This document shows, in pieces, positions 14,663-29,896 of a DNA stretch of 64,000 nucleotides. The notes beneath the pieces are model-generated. The model was not told where the DNA came from. It saw only the letters and a list, made by a program, of their open reading frames with translations, and searched no databases. A program made the position numbers and the translations under genes. Location: NCBI GenBank assembly GCA_964016885.1, contig OZ024742.1, positions 340,070,001 through 340,134,000 of the forward strand, in the 5' to 3' direction. The number at the start of each line of letters is the position of its first letter. Position 1 is the stretch's first letter. The DNA comes from Eledone cirrhosa. Lineage: Eukaryota.

Positions 14663-14882
14663 TTTCTCTCTCTACACACAGAAATATATATTCATATATA
14701 AAACTACTCCCTCCTCTACTAACAGAGAACGAAGGATTGCCTCGGACAGAGATATGAACTGTCCTCTCTAAATATGTAGAAAGACGCCAGAGTAATAACA
14801 CTACGTTCAGACAGCTGAGAAAATCAGATATAGCGGTCGGCAGTCCAGCCACATCACTAGAGCAACGAAAATACAGGACCCA

Positions 14883-14929
<47 letters not shown>

Positions 14930-15351
14930 AAAAAAGAGTCAGGGTCCTCACTCCTTTCCTATTACTACTCTACTACCCAAAGTATTGAGTACTCTGGTGC
15001 GCTATGGTCCTCCTGGTTCCTTACCACACCTCCTTCGTTATGTATATATATGTATATATATATATAGGGAGAGAGATATGTATAATCCCGACGGTGGGGA
15101 TTTCACATATCTCTATACCGACTCTGCATCTTCCCATGCATTGAGTACTCCCATGATTAGTGGTCTTTCCGGTCCCAGCACCACAGTGCAGAATCTCTCC
15201 CCCATCTCTCTTTCTCTTTCTCCATGTCTCTTTCTCTCTCTCTATATATATATTTATATGTATATTTATATATATATATATGTATGTGTATGTATGTATG
15301 TGTGTCTGTGCGTGGGTGTATATATGTATATATGTATGCGTGGCCATCTAC

Positions 15352-15425
<74 letters not shown>

Positions 15426-15460
15426 AAATGAGGTTCTTTTTCCAAATGAAAAAAAAACGA

Positions 15461-15496
<36 letters not shown>

Positions 15497-15578
15497 TAAG
15501 TTTTATTTAAAATTGTTGGGTTACAACAAGAAAATATTTTATAACTGATATAAAGCACTCGACAAGTTTTTGGAGTAG

Positions 15579-15940
15579 ATATACGATATTAAACAAATGG
15601 AAACTATATTTATAAAACCATATTTATTTCATTATACATATTTCGAGGATACCATATTAAAAATATGGCATGCCTTCGTCAGATAAAATACAATATATAA
15701 ACAGTTTTATAAATAATTTTGACGTACCATAAATATGAGCGACCATTAGGTACCAAACCAGCTTCCTACCTAATGGTCGCTCATATTTATGGTACGTCAA
15801 AATTATTTATAAAACTGTTTATATATTGTATTTTATCTGACGAAGGCATGCCATATTTTTAATATGGTATCCCCGAAATATGTATAATGAAATAAATATG
15901 GTTTTATAAATATAGTTTCCATTTGGTTAATATCGTATAT
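15579..15940. repeat. Inverted repeat, ~174-bp arms, 14-bp spacer
   Basis: gagcgaccattaggta / tacctaatggtcgctc at the centre. Confidence 0.9.
15829..15894 (+). ncRNA. Hammerhead ribozyme motif (mirror copy on - at 15625-15690)
   Basis: tattttat-CTGACGA-helix II atgccatatt/aatatggtat-GAA[ATATGTAT]A-atgaaata. Confidence 0.8.
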
Positions 15941-15961
15941 ATATATATATATATATATTTA

Positions 15962-17760
15962 TTAAAATAACAGATTAAAGATTGAGCAAAGAATCGCTGC
16001 TTTCACCCTTAACGGGATCTTCTGAAACTAACAAAGACAATCTCTGAACGCAGAAGTAAATATTTCAAAAAACGTTGCAACCGGAGGAAGACAGGAAGAC
16101 GATACTTTGGATCGTGGAAACGTTCCCTGGCAAAGGACGGGAAAAAACGAATATAATACGTTTAGAGCGATGAAAAACAATTACACGCAAAGACAGAACC
16201 ACGTTTATGGTATAAAAGAAGTCATAGACTAATATTCTCTTAGGTGGTTCATAGAGACGTTCTCTGGCAATGAACGGAAAAAACGAAGATAATACGTCAT
16301 ATGTGGAGCGTGGAGAACAATTGCACGCAAAGACAAATCCACGTAAATGGTATAGCTGAAGTCGTAGACTAAAATTCTAACTAGGAAACCGAATGAATCT
16401 CGGCTTCAGAGTTAAGAATAAAGTAAATAAAATACAGAGGCAATTGGAATTAAATAAATACATACACGCATCCAAATACGTACATACACAAGCATACGCG
16501 AAAACACTCGCCATAGCTATACAAATACACGCACATATAAATATGTGTGTGTGTGCGTGTAATACAAATAATTAAATAAACGTATATAAATAAATTAATA
16601 CGTATATAACAAGCGCACACACATACCTACATGTAAATACACATACGTTCAGAGACGTACGTCAACCAAAACACGAAGTACACATATACACACACCCTAC
16701 ATACGTACGAACCCGCATACTCACATAGACGCAAAACTCACGTATACACATAACCAAAAGCATATGTACCAGAATATATAAAATATACGCCATAACATAT
16801 CCAATCAAATATACGTACGAGAAAGTATACGTACCTTCACAAAACATACAGGTAATATATACTTACCTATACAAATAAGTAATGGTATAAACATAACATA
16901 TACTTAGCTACCACATCAAGACGTAAAATATCCGCGTATAGATCGTACTATCCGTTAGGGTATAATGTGGGGCTGTAATACAGGAAAGTTTTGTACAATT
17001 TATGTTTACAAACCGAAATTGCCTTAGATTTTTTGTTTAAGATGTGGTCTGTGGTGTAGAGTATTTCCAGGGCCTCACCTGCGCAGAGGTCACATGCTCT
17101 TTTATTTCCGTTATACGATCTAGCCCTAGCTAGGATCTCCCAGTGTAACTTATATTAGGTGTGGTTGTCTTTCAGACTCTAGATATAAGCTGAAAGTGTC
17201 GTCATATTCCTTCTTAGAGGGTAACGAAAAGAATGGGTATGCATGTAAAGACGCTGCTTGAATCTATTGGCGGTTAACCCTATGTAAGCCCTATGGGACG
17301 TGGGTGTTTCAACCTTACATTTGTAGGCAATGTTACTAGAGAGGCATTTCCCGGATAGGGGCAGTCAACCCGATTCCTACAATTACAGTTAGTACTAACT
17401 ACAGGGTTGCACGTGTTCCTACGGCTAGGTAGTTTAGCTAATTTAGAAGCTGTGAAGGTTAGGAGTCGTAGAGTAAGAAATTTTAATAGTATTTCTATTA
17501 AAAATTTTACTATATTCATGTGTAGGGGGAAAATGCTTCGTTATAAGGGAGACAAAGATCTTAGCTAATGGTGTGACCACCTCCATATTATATGGTGGGT
17601 TATACCATATAATGCGTCGGGATCTATTTCTACTAGGTCTATTCTCGTACTCTGTATATGCTACCTTATCGACAAATCCACTTCGAGCAAGAGCTTCATT
17701 GTAATAAGTGGAATGGTCGTTGAAAATATGCTCGTTAGTAGATAGACGGGAAAGCCTCAA
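15962..17760 (-). mobile_element. 5'-truncated Penelope-like element: RT-linker/GIY-YIG end + 3' UTR ending in HHR-like variant, AATAAA and (TA)n
   Basis: Coding remnant 17760-16948 followed by a UTR whose terminal ~60-200 bp recur at 22729, 24702, 37762, 40760 and 47112. Confidence 0.8.
16948..17760 (-). pseudogene. Penelope-like ORF C-terminus with GIY-YIG endonuclease (in-frame stops)
   Basis: IIWYNPPY...KHFPPTH..KIFNRNTIKISYS; CNCRNRVDCP; NIAYKCKVETPTSHRAYIGLT..RFKQR...H; CDLC..E; LNKK...CKH. Confidence 0.85.
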
Positions 17761-17835
17761 ATATATATATATATATATATATATACACTTAAGTGGACTA
17801 CCTATAACAATAATCTGTTACCCCGTATATATATA

Positions 17836-18011
<176 letters not shown>

Positions 18012-18189
18012 ATGTTTGTGTGTTTGTAACACATCATCAATAACAATAAGCCATGTAATCGAATACATTACGCCAACATATGTTTTCATTAAATCTAATT
18101 CGGAAATCAATAAACACACTTCCTGGTTTCAAGCGTTGCATGTAAACAGTTCGGAAGATGGCGGTTTGTAATGTTCAGTGAATAACGGA

Positions 18190-18207
18190 TGTTGCTACTA
18201 CTACTGC

Positions 18208-18247
<40 letters not shown>

Positions 18248-18575
18248 GCTGTTGTTGTTGCTGTTATTGTTGTTGTTTTTTTGTTGTTTTTTTGTTGTTG
18301 TTGTTGTTGTTGTGTTGCTCTGGTTGTTGTTGTTGTTGTTGTTGCTGTTGCTGTTATTGTTGTTGCTGCTGTTGCTGTTGCTGTTGTTGTTGTTGTGTTG
18401 CTGTTGTTGTTGCTGTCGTTGTTGCTGTTGTTGTTGTTGTTTTTGTTGCTGTTGTTGTTGTTGTTGTTGTTGCTGCTGTTGTATGTGTTGTTGTCATTGT
18501 TGCTGTTGTTGTTGTTGCTTTTGTTACTGTTGTTGTTGTTGCTATTATTGTTGTTATTGTTGCTGTTGTTGTTTT
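18190..18575. repeat. Degenerate (TTG/CTG)n microsatellite
   Basis: Direct inspection. Confidence 0.9.
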
Positions 18576-18984
18576 CACTTGTATTTTTCGTAAATAAAAA
18601 AATAGTGTGGTGAAAGCCTCATGAATGTCAATTGAAAATATATAATATGGTAATATAGTGTGGTTATATTCACTGTTCTATTTTGTAATAGTATCGGTGG
18701 CAGATAATTATATGCAACATTCATCGGTTATGACGATGAATGCTGCAGTTGTTTTGCCGAGGGTGTGGCTTACTTGTTAAATTAACGTCTAAGTGACTGG
18801 GTATTTTTCCCCAAAATGTCACACCGCTAGATGTGTTGCCCCCAAATTTGTCAAACAGCACCTACAATGTACCATATATTCTTGAATTGGTGTTCTATAA
18901 GTTCAGTGGATAAGTCGCATGCTTATTTTTCACATATTTTCGTGGAAGATGTGTGACATATACAAAGGTATATAAGGTGTACTT

Positions 18985-21220
18985 AATTTACTACATATTT
19001 ATTTTTACATATATAAAATTTACTACATATATAAAATTTACTACATATATATAATTTACTACATATATATAATTTACTACATATATAAAATTTACTACAT
19101 ATATATAATTTACTACATATATATAATTTACTACATATATATAATTTACTATATATATATAATTTACTACATATATATAATTTACTACATATATATAATT
19201 TACTACATATATATAATTTACTATATATATATAATATACTACATATATATAATTTACTACATATATATAATTTACTATATATATATAATTTACTACATAT
19301 ATATAATTTACTACATATATATAATTTACTATATATATATAATTTATTACATATATATAATTTACTATATATATATAATTTACTATATATATATAATTTA
19401 CTACATATATATAATTTACTACATATATATAATTTACTATATATATATAATTTATTACATATATATAATTTACTATATATATATAATTTACTATATATAT
19501 ATAATTTACTATATATATATAATTTACTATATATATATAATTTACTATATATATATAATTTACTATATATATATAATTTACTATATATATATAATTTACT
19601 ACATATATATAATTTACTATATATATATAATTTACTACATATATATAATTTACTACATATATATAATTTACTATATATATATAATTTACTACATATATAT
19701 AATTTACTACATATATATAATTTACTACATATATATAATTTACTATATATATATAATTTACTACATATATATAATTTACTACATATATATAATTTACTAT
19801 ATATATATAATTTACTACATATATATAATTTACTACATATATATAATTTACTATATATATATAATTTACTACATATATATAATTTACTATATATATATAA
19901 TTTACTACATATATATAATTTACTATATATATATAATTTACTACATATATATAATTTACTACATATATATAATTTACTATATATATATAATTTACTACAT
20001 ATATATAATTTACTATATATATATAATTTACTACATATATATAATTTACTATATATATATAATTTACTACATATATATAATTTACTACATATATATAATT
20101 TACTACATATATATAATTTACTATATATATATAATTTACTACATATATATAATTTACTACATATATATAATTTACTACATATATATAATTTACTACATAT
20201 ATATAATTTACTACATATATATATATAATATACTACATATATATAATTTACTATATATATATAATTTACTATATATATATAATTTACTACATATATATAA
20301 TTTACTACATATATATAATTTACTACATATATATAATTTACTATATATATATAATTTACTATATATATATAATTTACTACATATATATAATTTACTACAT
20401 ATATATAATTTACTACATATATATAATTTACTACATATATATAATTTACTATATATATATAATTTACTACATATATATAATTTACTATATATATATAATT
20501 TACTACATATATATAATTTACTATATATATATAATTTACTACATATATATAATTTACTATATATATATAATTTACTACATATATATAATTTACTACATAT
20601 ATATAATTTACTACATATATATAATTTACTATATATATATAATTTACTACATATATATAATTTACTATATATATATAATTTACTACATATATATAATTTA
20701 CTATATATATATATAATTTACTACATATATATAATTTACTACATATATATAATTTACTACATATATATAATTTACTATATATATATAATTTACTACATAT
20801 ATATAATTTACTATATATATATAATTTACTACATATATATAATTTACTACATATATATAATTTACTACATATATATAATTTACTATATATATATAATTTA
20901 CTACATATATATAATTTACTATATATATATAATTTACTACATATATATAATTTACTATATATATATAACTTACTATATATATATAATTTACTATATATAT
21001 ATAATTTACTATATATATATAATTTACTATATATATATAATTTACTACATATATATCATTTACTATATATATATAATTTACTATATATATATAATTTACT
21101 ATATATATATAATTTACTACATATATATAATTTACTACATATATATAATTTACTATATATATATAATTTACTATATATATATAATTTACTATATATATAT
21201 AATTTACTATATATATATAA
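18985..21220. repeat. 18-bp minisatellite AATTTACTA(C/T)ATATATAT, ~120 copies
   Basis: Continuous tandem array with a C/T dimorphic position. Confidence 0.95.
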
Positions 21221-21294
21221 TACCTGATTGGTTTTCTCGTTGCTTTGGTTTCATGTGGCTGGGTTCACCGGTCGTAGTTTTCAATTTGTCAACG

Positions 21295-21483
21295 TGGTGG
21301 ATTGGCAGTATCGGTGGACGGTCGGACGCCATGCTTTGACGTATAGAGTTACGGCCCTTGCCATTCTGAGTTCAAATCCCGCCGAGGTTAACTTTGCCTT
21401 TCATCCTTACGGGGTCGATAAAATAAAGTACCAGTAATACACTGGAGTAATTGCTGGCCTTGTGCCAAAAGTAGAAACAGTTA
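21295..21483 (+). mobile_element. SINE S1 copy
   Basis: Full A/B box, core and tail. Confidence 0.85.
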
Positions 21484-21590
21484 TTCTCTCAGGTGACACA
21501 ACCTTATCGAGTGCCTTGCTGCACATTCCTAATTGTATATCGTTAGCTTGGCCACAGCCACAACTTCCATTTTACTACACTAACATTTGT

Positions 21591-21655
<65 letters not shown>

Positions 21656-21682
21656 ATATATATATATTTATGTATGTATATA

Positions 21683-21727
<45 letters not shown>

Positions 21728-21746
21728 TACATATATATAATATAAT

Positions 21747-21780
<34 letters not shown>

Positions 21781-22124
21781 AATATAATATAATATATATA
21801 TATATATAATATATATACATACATAGCTGACTGCATCTGCACGTGTTTTTCTCTCCCCCATTATTCTTCCTCATCTTTCGCCGTTCCTTCCTCTTATCAA
21901 TCTTTACTTTCTATTTATCTTCAATTTCTGCTCTATCTTTGGATGGAGGACTAGTGTCCGAAACTTTAAGACATTCTTCCTGCGATTTCAACCGTTAAAC
22001 TAATATATTTCCTCCATGTATAGTGTTGTTTATTTGGTTATTTCTGTTTACATTTTACACACACACACACACGCACGCACACACACATACACACAGAGAC
22101 ACTCTCACACGCACACACACAAAC

Positions 22125-22200
<76 letters not shown>

Positions 22201-22399
22201 CTATTTTATTAATTTTATTAAGGCTAAATAGTAAGTCTTGTTAATGTGGAGTTTCTGATGACCCTCTGACAAACAGGCGAAACCCAGAGTAACAAGACTC
22301 ACTATTTAGCCGTAAGAAAATGAATGTTGAAACTCTACTTCGGTATTGAGTGCTCTTTCCTCTCAGCCGTCAACCACACACACACACACACACACACAT

Positions 22400-22447
<48 letters not shown>

Positions 22448-22781
22448 ATGGATGCTGTAAATGCCTGTTTAGACCATTACTCATCAGAGCACTCGATACT
22501 TAGAGTAGTAATGGTAAAATGAAAGAGTCGGGACCCCGATGGCTGAGCTCTTGTCGTTTAAACAGTTCGGAACTAGCTGTTGAAACGGCAAGAGCTCAGC
22601 CGTCGGGGTCCCGAGTCTTTCATATATATATATATATATATATATATCAAGCGTTAACCTAATATATCCCTTCCATGTACTGTACCGATTGTGTTTTATT
22701 TCTGTTTACCTTTTATACACACACACACCCGTTAAGGGTGAAAGCAGCGATTCTTTGCTTAAACTTTAATCTGTTATTTTA

Positions 22782-22874
<93 letters not shown>

Positions 22875-22916
22875 TACACAGGTGTGTATGATTGTGTATA
22901 GAAGATTATATTAATA

Positions 22917-23258
22917 AAAGGAATTCCAACGTTGCCTGATTTATTCGTTGTATTTACAATCCTTTAAATTTATAATGATAATATAATGAAATAGTATGTT
23001 TAGAATATTAAATGTTAAATGTTAATTGAACAAGTACTTTCATGCTTTCGCAATATTCAGGTTCATATTCAGTGGTGACAGTCAAGTTGGCAATTTTCCA
23101 CCACTGAATGTGAACCTGAAGATTGCGAAAGCATGAAAGTACTTGTTCAATTAACATTTAACTTTTAATATTCTACCATACTATTTCATTATAATATCAT
23201 TATAAATTTAAAGGATTGTAAATACAACGGATAAATCAGACAAAGTTGGAATTCCTTG
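22917..23258. repeat. Inverted repeat, ~160-bp arms
   Basis: aaggaattccaac...cagtggtg / caccactg...gttggaattcctt. Confidence 0.88.
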
Positions 23259-23580
23259 TAAATTATTTAGAAGTGAAGCATATCAATTTGTCTCTGGATG
23301 TTTACTGAGGAGAGCGGTGACTTGATATTCCTACACTTATTTGCTCGAAACATATTTGGATCTTAAAGTCTAAACGGAACAGGTTTGAATTTTGAAATTT
23401 AAATGTGTCTAAACATCACGGCCTTTTGCCAATACAGTTCGTCTCCGTTGATTTATTATTTTAAATCGATATGGACAAACTGTAGTATAATAATTAGTAT
23501 ACTTCAATCTGGCTAAATTTTTCTTTCGCAATATATATACACGGATGAGTTGGTATCTGTGTTTTATCACATACATATTA

Positions 23581-23633
<53 letters not shown>

Positions 23634-24302
23634 TATATACTCGAAAGCAAGGTTCTTGTATAATAGATGTCTGAATATAAAGTTTTATTCTTTTTTTATA
23701 ACTTTTATAAATTCTTATAAAGCTATTTACAAATGAAGTATTTGTAAAAATTGTAAATAAAATGGGGTGATTTTCTACACCCTGTTTATAGGCTTTGTAT
23801 GAAAAACTAGTTCACAGAGGAGTCCATTGAAAATACTGACCATGGGAAAGTTTACCTAGCGGTGAAGATGTCAAACTTAATGATAGAAGCCTTCCGTATT
23901 AAAGTCATCATCGTTTGATATTATTTTCTTCTTTTTTTTTTACATCCTCAGCCTCCGGAATTTACGTTAAACAACAGAGATCACGTGATACGGGACAGTC
24001 CCACTATTGGTAAGTTCTCCTTCGCATATTCTTCATGTGACATGTGTTTGTATCATTTCTCATATAGAAGGGTCAGCTGACAGGTTCAAAGATAATCTCA
24101 TGGAATGACCAAATGAGGTTTATTTTTCAACGTAGTCCTTAGAAAGAAACAATGCAGTTATTCATAAGACGAGTTGAAATTAATGTATGCAAGCTTTCAC
24201 AGCTCTAGCATCACTTTCTCATAGTCAGCCGACTCTCGTATAGTTGTTGCAACAACGAAACAGTTGTTTCAAGAGGGGCTTAGTATTCTAACCCCCCCCC
24301 CC

Positions 24303-24354
<52 letters not shown>

Positions 24355-24588
24355 TATTTGTACAGATCAAAGTTTAAGCAAGGAGTCTCTGCTTTCACCC
24401 TTGAAATGGAGTTTCAGAAAATCCCGTAAAAGGGTGAAAGCCACTATTCTTTGCTTAAAATTGAATTTGTACGAATAATTAATATTTGGTCTACGGGTTT
24501 TTATATATATATTTTATGTATATAACCCTTTTTAAGCCCTCTTCGGATCTTAGTCTTCATAATTATTATTACTGTATATATATATACA

Positions 24589-24707
<119 letters not shown>

Positions 24708-24780
24708 CAGATTAAAGTTTAAGCAAAGAATCGGTGCTTTCACCCTCTAGATTTTAGTCTTCACATTTATTATTATTACT

Positions 24781-24833
<53 letters not shown>

Positions 24834-25475
24834 TAGAATAACTAAATCCTTGTACAAAATACCATACGATATGTGTTCCAATTTTCTCTTGAGTTCAACT
24901 TCGGCTGATGTCAATTTGCTTCATCCTTGGTTCGAAAAATAAAGAACCAATCTAGTACTGTAGGTGATTTATTAGCTATTCCACTCTCACTAACTTGTTG
25001 GTGTTGAGCTTAAGATGGAAACCATTATTATCACATAGAAAAACCTACACTGTATTGACTTCAATGTTTTTCTTCATGTTAGCCCTTGTGGCCAATAAAG
25101 AAACCATTACTGTATGCAAGCTTTCACAGCTCTAGCAGTATCGATAGAGGGTCGGACGCCATGCTTTGCAGCATGGAGTTACGGGCCTTTACGATCTGAG
25201 TTTAAATCCCGCTTAGGTTAACTTTGCCTTTCAACCATTCAAGGTTAATAAAGAAAGAACCCGTCTAGTACCGGGATCGATTCTTCCTCTGTCTCATTCT
25301 CGCTTCCATTTTCTCCCTCTCTATCTTACTCGGGAAGAAATCTACTGTATTCAGTGTATTCACACCTGGAGAGGTAATGGGCTCCACCAGGTTTTAAAAA
25401 AGGCTATATAAACGCTGTATATCAATATGCCGCCTCTCAACTCCCCGGGAGTTTCGGGTTCATATACATATAGAG

Positions 25476-25528
<53 letters not shown>

Positions 25529-25794
25529 CAGTAGTAGTCATATTACAAGTATCAATGTTTTGTATATGATCTGTCTTTCATATATATTTATCTATATATA
25601 TTTATCTATATCTACATATATATATATATATATCTATATATTTATCTCTATATATATTTATCTATCTATATATATCTATATATCTTTATCTTTATATATT
25701 TATCTATATATATTTATCTATATATATTTATCTATATCTACATATATATATCTATATATATTTGTCTTTATATATATTTATCTATCTCTATATA

Positions 25795-25837
<43 letters not shown>

Positions 25838-26155
25838 ATATATATATTTTGTCTCTATATATCTTTATCATTATATATTTATCTCTCTATATCTAACTCT
25901 ATATATTTATCTATATATCTTTATCTTTATATCTTTATCTCTATATATTTATCTCTATCTATCTATCTATATATATTTATCTATCTCTCTATATATCTAT
26001 ATATCTTTATCTTTATATCTTTATCTCTATATATTTATCTCTATATATCTATCTATATATATTTATCTATCTCTCTATATATCTATATATCTTTATCTTT
26101 ATATATTTATCTCTATATATTTATCTCTATATACCTTTATATATTTATCTACCAG

Positions 26156-26203
26156 ACATGAAATCTTCTCCAATTCCTCCCGATATACTGACAATGACAA
26201 AAG
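26156..26203 (+). CDS. SKOR: SKOR1/2-like exon (internal, 48 bp): (D)[15 protein letters not shown](E)
   Basis: accag|ACATG...ACAAAAG|gtaaga, phase 1-1. Splices in frame to the next exon; DILTMTK-EQL aligns loosely with vertebrate SKOR1 DIENLAR-EEL as I recall it. Confidence 0.7.
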
Positions 26204-26243
26204 GTAAGACAAATATACTATGTTCTTGTCGTTGTCGTCGTCG

Positions 26244-26275
<32 letters not shown>

Positions 26276-26509
26276 CTTCTTCTTCTTCTTCTTATAATAT
26301 GTATATATATCTCTAAATCACCGCCCCTCCTCCCTCAGTGGTCTTTTCCTATTTAAAGTGTGGCTTTCTTAAAGAATATCCAGTTTTGTCTGATGCGGGG
26401 AACTAACTTGAAACTCCAAACTCTTCACTTAGCCATAAAAAGAATGTAAACTCTTCTTCGGTATTGAGTAATCATCACGCATCCGGCAACATCACACATA
26501 TTTATATAT

Positions 26510-26557
<48 letters not shown>

Positions 26558-26589
26558 GTGTGATGTTTTATATATATATATATGTATAC

Positions 26590-26900
26590 ATTAAGGCACC
26601 GACGTCTGGCGACTGACTTGGTAAACACCCACAAGGTTATTCACTATCTTGCCAACAACAACCATGAACACCATTTTGAAGTCCATGTGTCTAACACAGG
26701 TGGGCATGCCTACACAGTCAGAAAACAGCACAGCTCCCATGACTTTCGGAAACATCTTTTTCACGCTCAAAGTTGCTGGAGAATGGAACAAACTACCTGC
26801 ATCAGTTCTTAGCAGGACACTGTGTCCTTCAAAACTTCCGGGCTTCCCAAAATTCGACCACACTACACCTGATATTCCCTCTCCACACACACACCCGCAT
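26590..26900 (+). mobile_element. CR1-clade LINE 3' fragment
   Basis: LRHRRLATDLVNTHKVI...NTGGHAY...FRKHLF / TLKVAGEWNKLPASV, a typical CR1 ORF2 tail, frameshifted. Confidence 0.75.
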
Positions 26901-27066
26901 GTTTGTGTGTGTCTGTGTGTGTGTGTGTGTGCTGACATTTGTACATTATTCAATGTACTATACATGCGCCTTTCATGAGTTTTAGTGTAACAGAGCACAG
27001 TACTCAATAATTTTCACTATTATTATATATATAGTAGAAAGAAAGTTTCATACACTTAAAATGTAT

Positions 27067-27150
27067 GTGCGACCATTGGTTTCGAGGTCCAGTCGTGCCC
27101 ACTACTTTAGAGTGGAGGAAGTGCTTCCAAACTGGCCTCTCGTCCGGCAC
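27067..27150 (-). ncRNA. Hammerhead motif with U4->G core variant
   Basis: gtgc-CGGACGA-gaggccagt...actggacctc-GAA[ACCAATGGT]C-gcac; GUC site. Confidence 0.65.
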
Positions 27151-27198
27151 TCGGACAAAAATCACACACACAACCACACGTATATATATATATATATA

Positions 27199-27239
<41 letters not shown>

Positions 27240-27244
27240 GTATA

Positions 27245-27322
<78 letters not shown>

Positions 27323-27326
27323 ATAC

Positions 27327-27420
<94 letters not shown>

Positions 27421-27504
27421 TGTACAGAGTCGGGACCCGACGACGAAGCTCTTTTCGACAGCAAACTTCCTGACTGATTTATATATATATATATATATAT
27501 ATGT

Positions 27505-27543
<39 letters not shown>

Positions 27544-27917
27544 GTGTGGGGCGTGTGCGAGGGTCAGTCTGTGTGTGCCTGTCATTATGTGTGTATATGT
27601 GTGTGTATATTCGTGTAATCTCGTAAAGAAGTCTGTACAGAATATATATATAAGAAATACTTTCTAATACATTTCTTTTTTTTAGAGCAAGAAAAAAAAA
27701 AACTTGATATAAGAGAACTATTAACTATTTCCATTATTTTCTTGTCTATCTATTCCACTCTCGTCTGCCCGCCGCCATTACCACCTCTCACTCTTTCTGC
27801 TTGTTTCTTTCTTTCTATCTCTGTCTCATTCTCTCTTACGTTCACATATTTCTTGTTACTGTTCTTTTATATGTATTGTTTGCCTTCTATACAAAATGTT
27901 GTTATTTCTTGTTACAG

Positions 27918-27992
27918 AGCAACTTCATGAACAGTTATTGCAAGAGATCCGCTCCCGGAGGAAGATAGAAAAAGAATGCCAGATTATGAGAG
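27918..27992 (+). CDS. SKOR: SKOR1/2-like exon (75 bp): [25 protein letters not shown](D)
   Basis: ttacag|AG...ATGAGAG|gtatac, phase 1-1; coiled-coil peptide resembling SKOR EELQKLLLEQMELRKKLEREFQSLK. Confidence 0.88.
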
Positions 27993-28102
27993 GTATACAT
28001 ACATATATACATACATACATATATTTATACATATATACATACATACATATATATATATATACACATATGCATATATATATATATACATACATACATATAT
28101 TT

Positions 28103-28159
<57 letters not shown>

Positions 28160-28165
28160 CATATT

Positions 28166-28217
<52 letters not shown>

Positions 28218-28259
28218 CATATATACATACATATATACATACATACATATATAAATACA

Positions 28260-28295
<36 letters not shown>

Positions 28296-28356
28296 TACAT
28301 ATATAGATATATATATATACATAAATACATACATACATATATACATACATACATAC

Positions 28357-28407
<51 letters not shown>

Positions 28408-28408
28408 C

Positions 28409-28439
<31 letters not shown>

Positions 28440-28535
28440 CATACATACATATATACATATATACATATATACATATATACATACATATATATATATACAT
28501 ACATACATACATGCATACATACATACATACATTCT

Positions 28536-28581
<46 letters not shown>

Positions 28582-28694
28582 TATACATACATATATACAG
28601 AATAAATATTTATATACATACATATATATGTATATATGTATATATATATATATGTATAAACATATAGCATATTGCCAAATATACTATATATACA

Positions 28695-28846
<152 letters not shown>

Positions 28847-28855
28847 CATATATGT

Positions 28856-28949
<94 letters not shown>

Positions 28950-29150
28950 ATATATACTCATATTTATTCAACTCTCGACACTTATTATATTAAAAATTGC
29001 TTCTATGGAATATGCCGAAGAAATAATATATAAATTGTTATAAAAACACTTTATCATACACCTCCCAGCAGTAATAACTTATTTGTAATATCTTTTCTCA
29101 AGCAAACATATATATTTTTCTAATATACCTATATTTTTTATAAGACATAT

Positions 29151-29206
<56 letters not shown>

Positions 29207-29230
29207 AGAAAAAAAATTTATATAAACATA

Positions 29231-29275
<45 letters not shown>

Positions 29276-29313
29276 ATATGCATATATATAGATATATATA
29301 GATATATAAAATA

Positions 29314-29407
<94 letters not shown>

Positions 29408-29593
29408 TAAATATTTGCTCTACGGTTCTTATATATTTGATATATATTTGTTCTTATCGAGCCCTCTTTGGATTTTAGTCTTCAAATTTATTATTATTAC
29501 TATATATATATATATAACAAAGGAATTGTGCTAAGGAACCAGATGGACCATAACGCACCAGAGTACTCAATACTTAGGGTAGTAGAGTGAGAA

Positions 29594-29726
29594 ATAGGAA
29601 AAAGTATGACCCCGACGGCAGAGCTCAAAGCCGTTTCGACGGCTATTTCTTGCTATGGACTATTTCAGTCCAGAAATAGCAGTCGAAACGGCTTGAGCTC
29701 TGCCGTCGGGGTCATACTTTTTCCTA
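29594..29726. repeat. Short fold-back repeat family (also 8580-8687, 22520-22622; tails at 14925-15040, 43880-43997, 61760-61980)
   Basis: gaccccgacggcagagctcaa.gccgtttcgac / gtcgaaacggcttgagctctgccgtcggggtc. Confidence 0.85.
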
Positions 29727-29818
29727 TATATATATATATATATATTTATGTTTATACAAATACATAAATATATATACACACATATATATATATATATATA
29801 TATATGTGTCTGTGTATG

Positions 29819-29896
<78 letters not shown>

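Noticed and set aside
14726-14885. Possible upstream SKOR exon after ctaacag
   Set aside because: Stops occur in the frames entering from the acceptor, there is no clear donor, and there is no SKOR similarity.
23100-23140. HHR in the 22917-23258 inverted repeat
   Set aside because: CTGAAGA and GAAA are too close for helix II and there is no UH site; at most degenerate.
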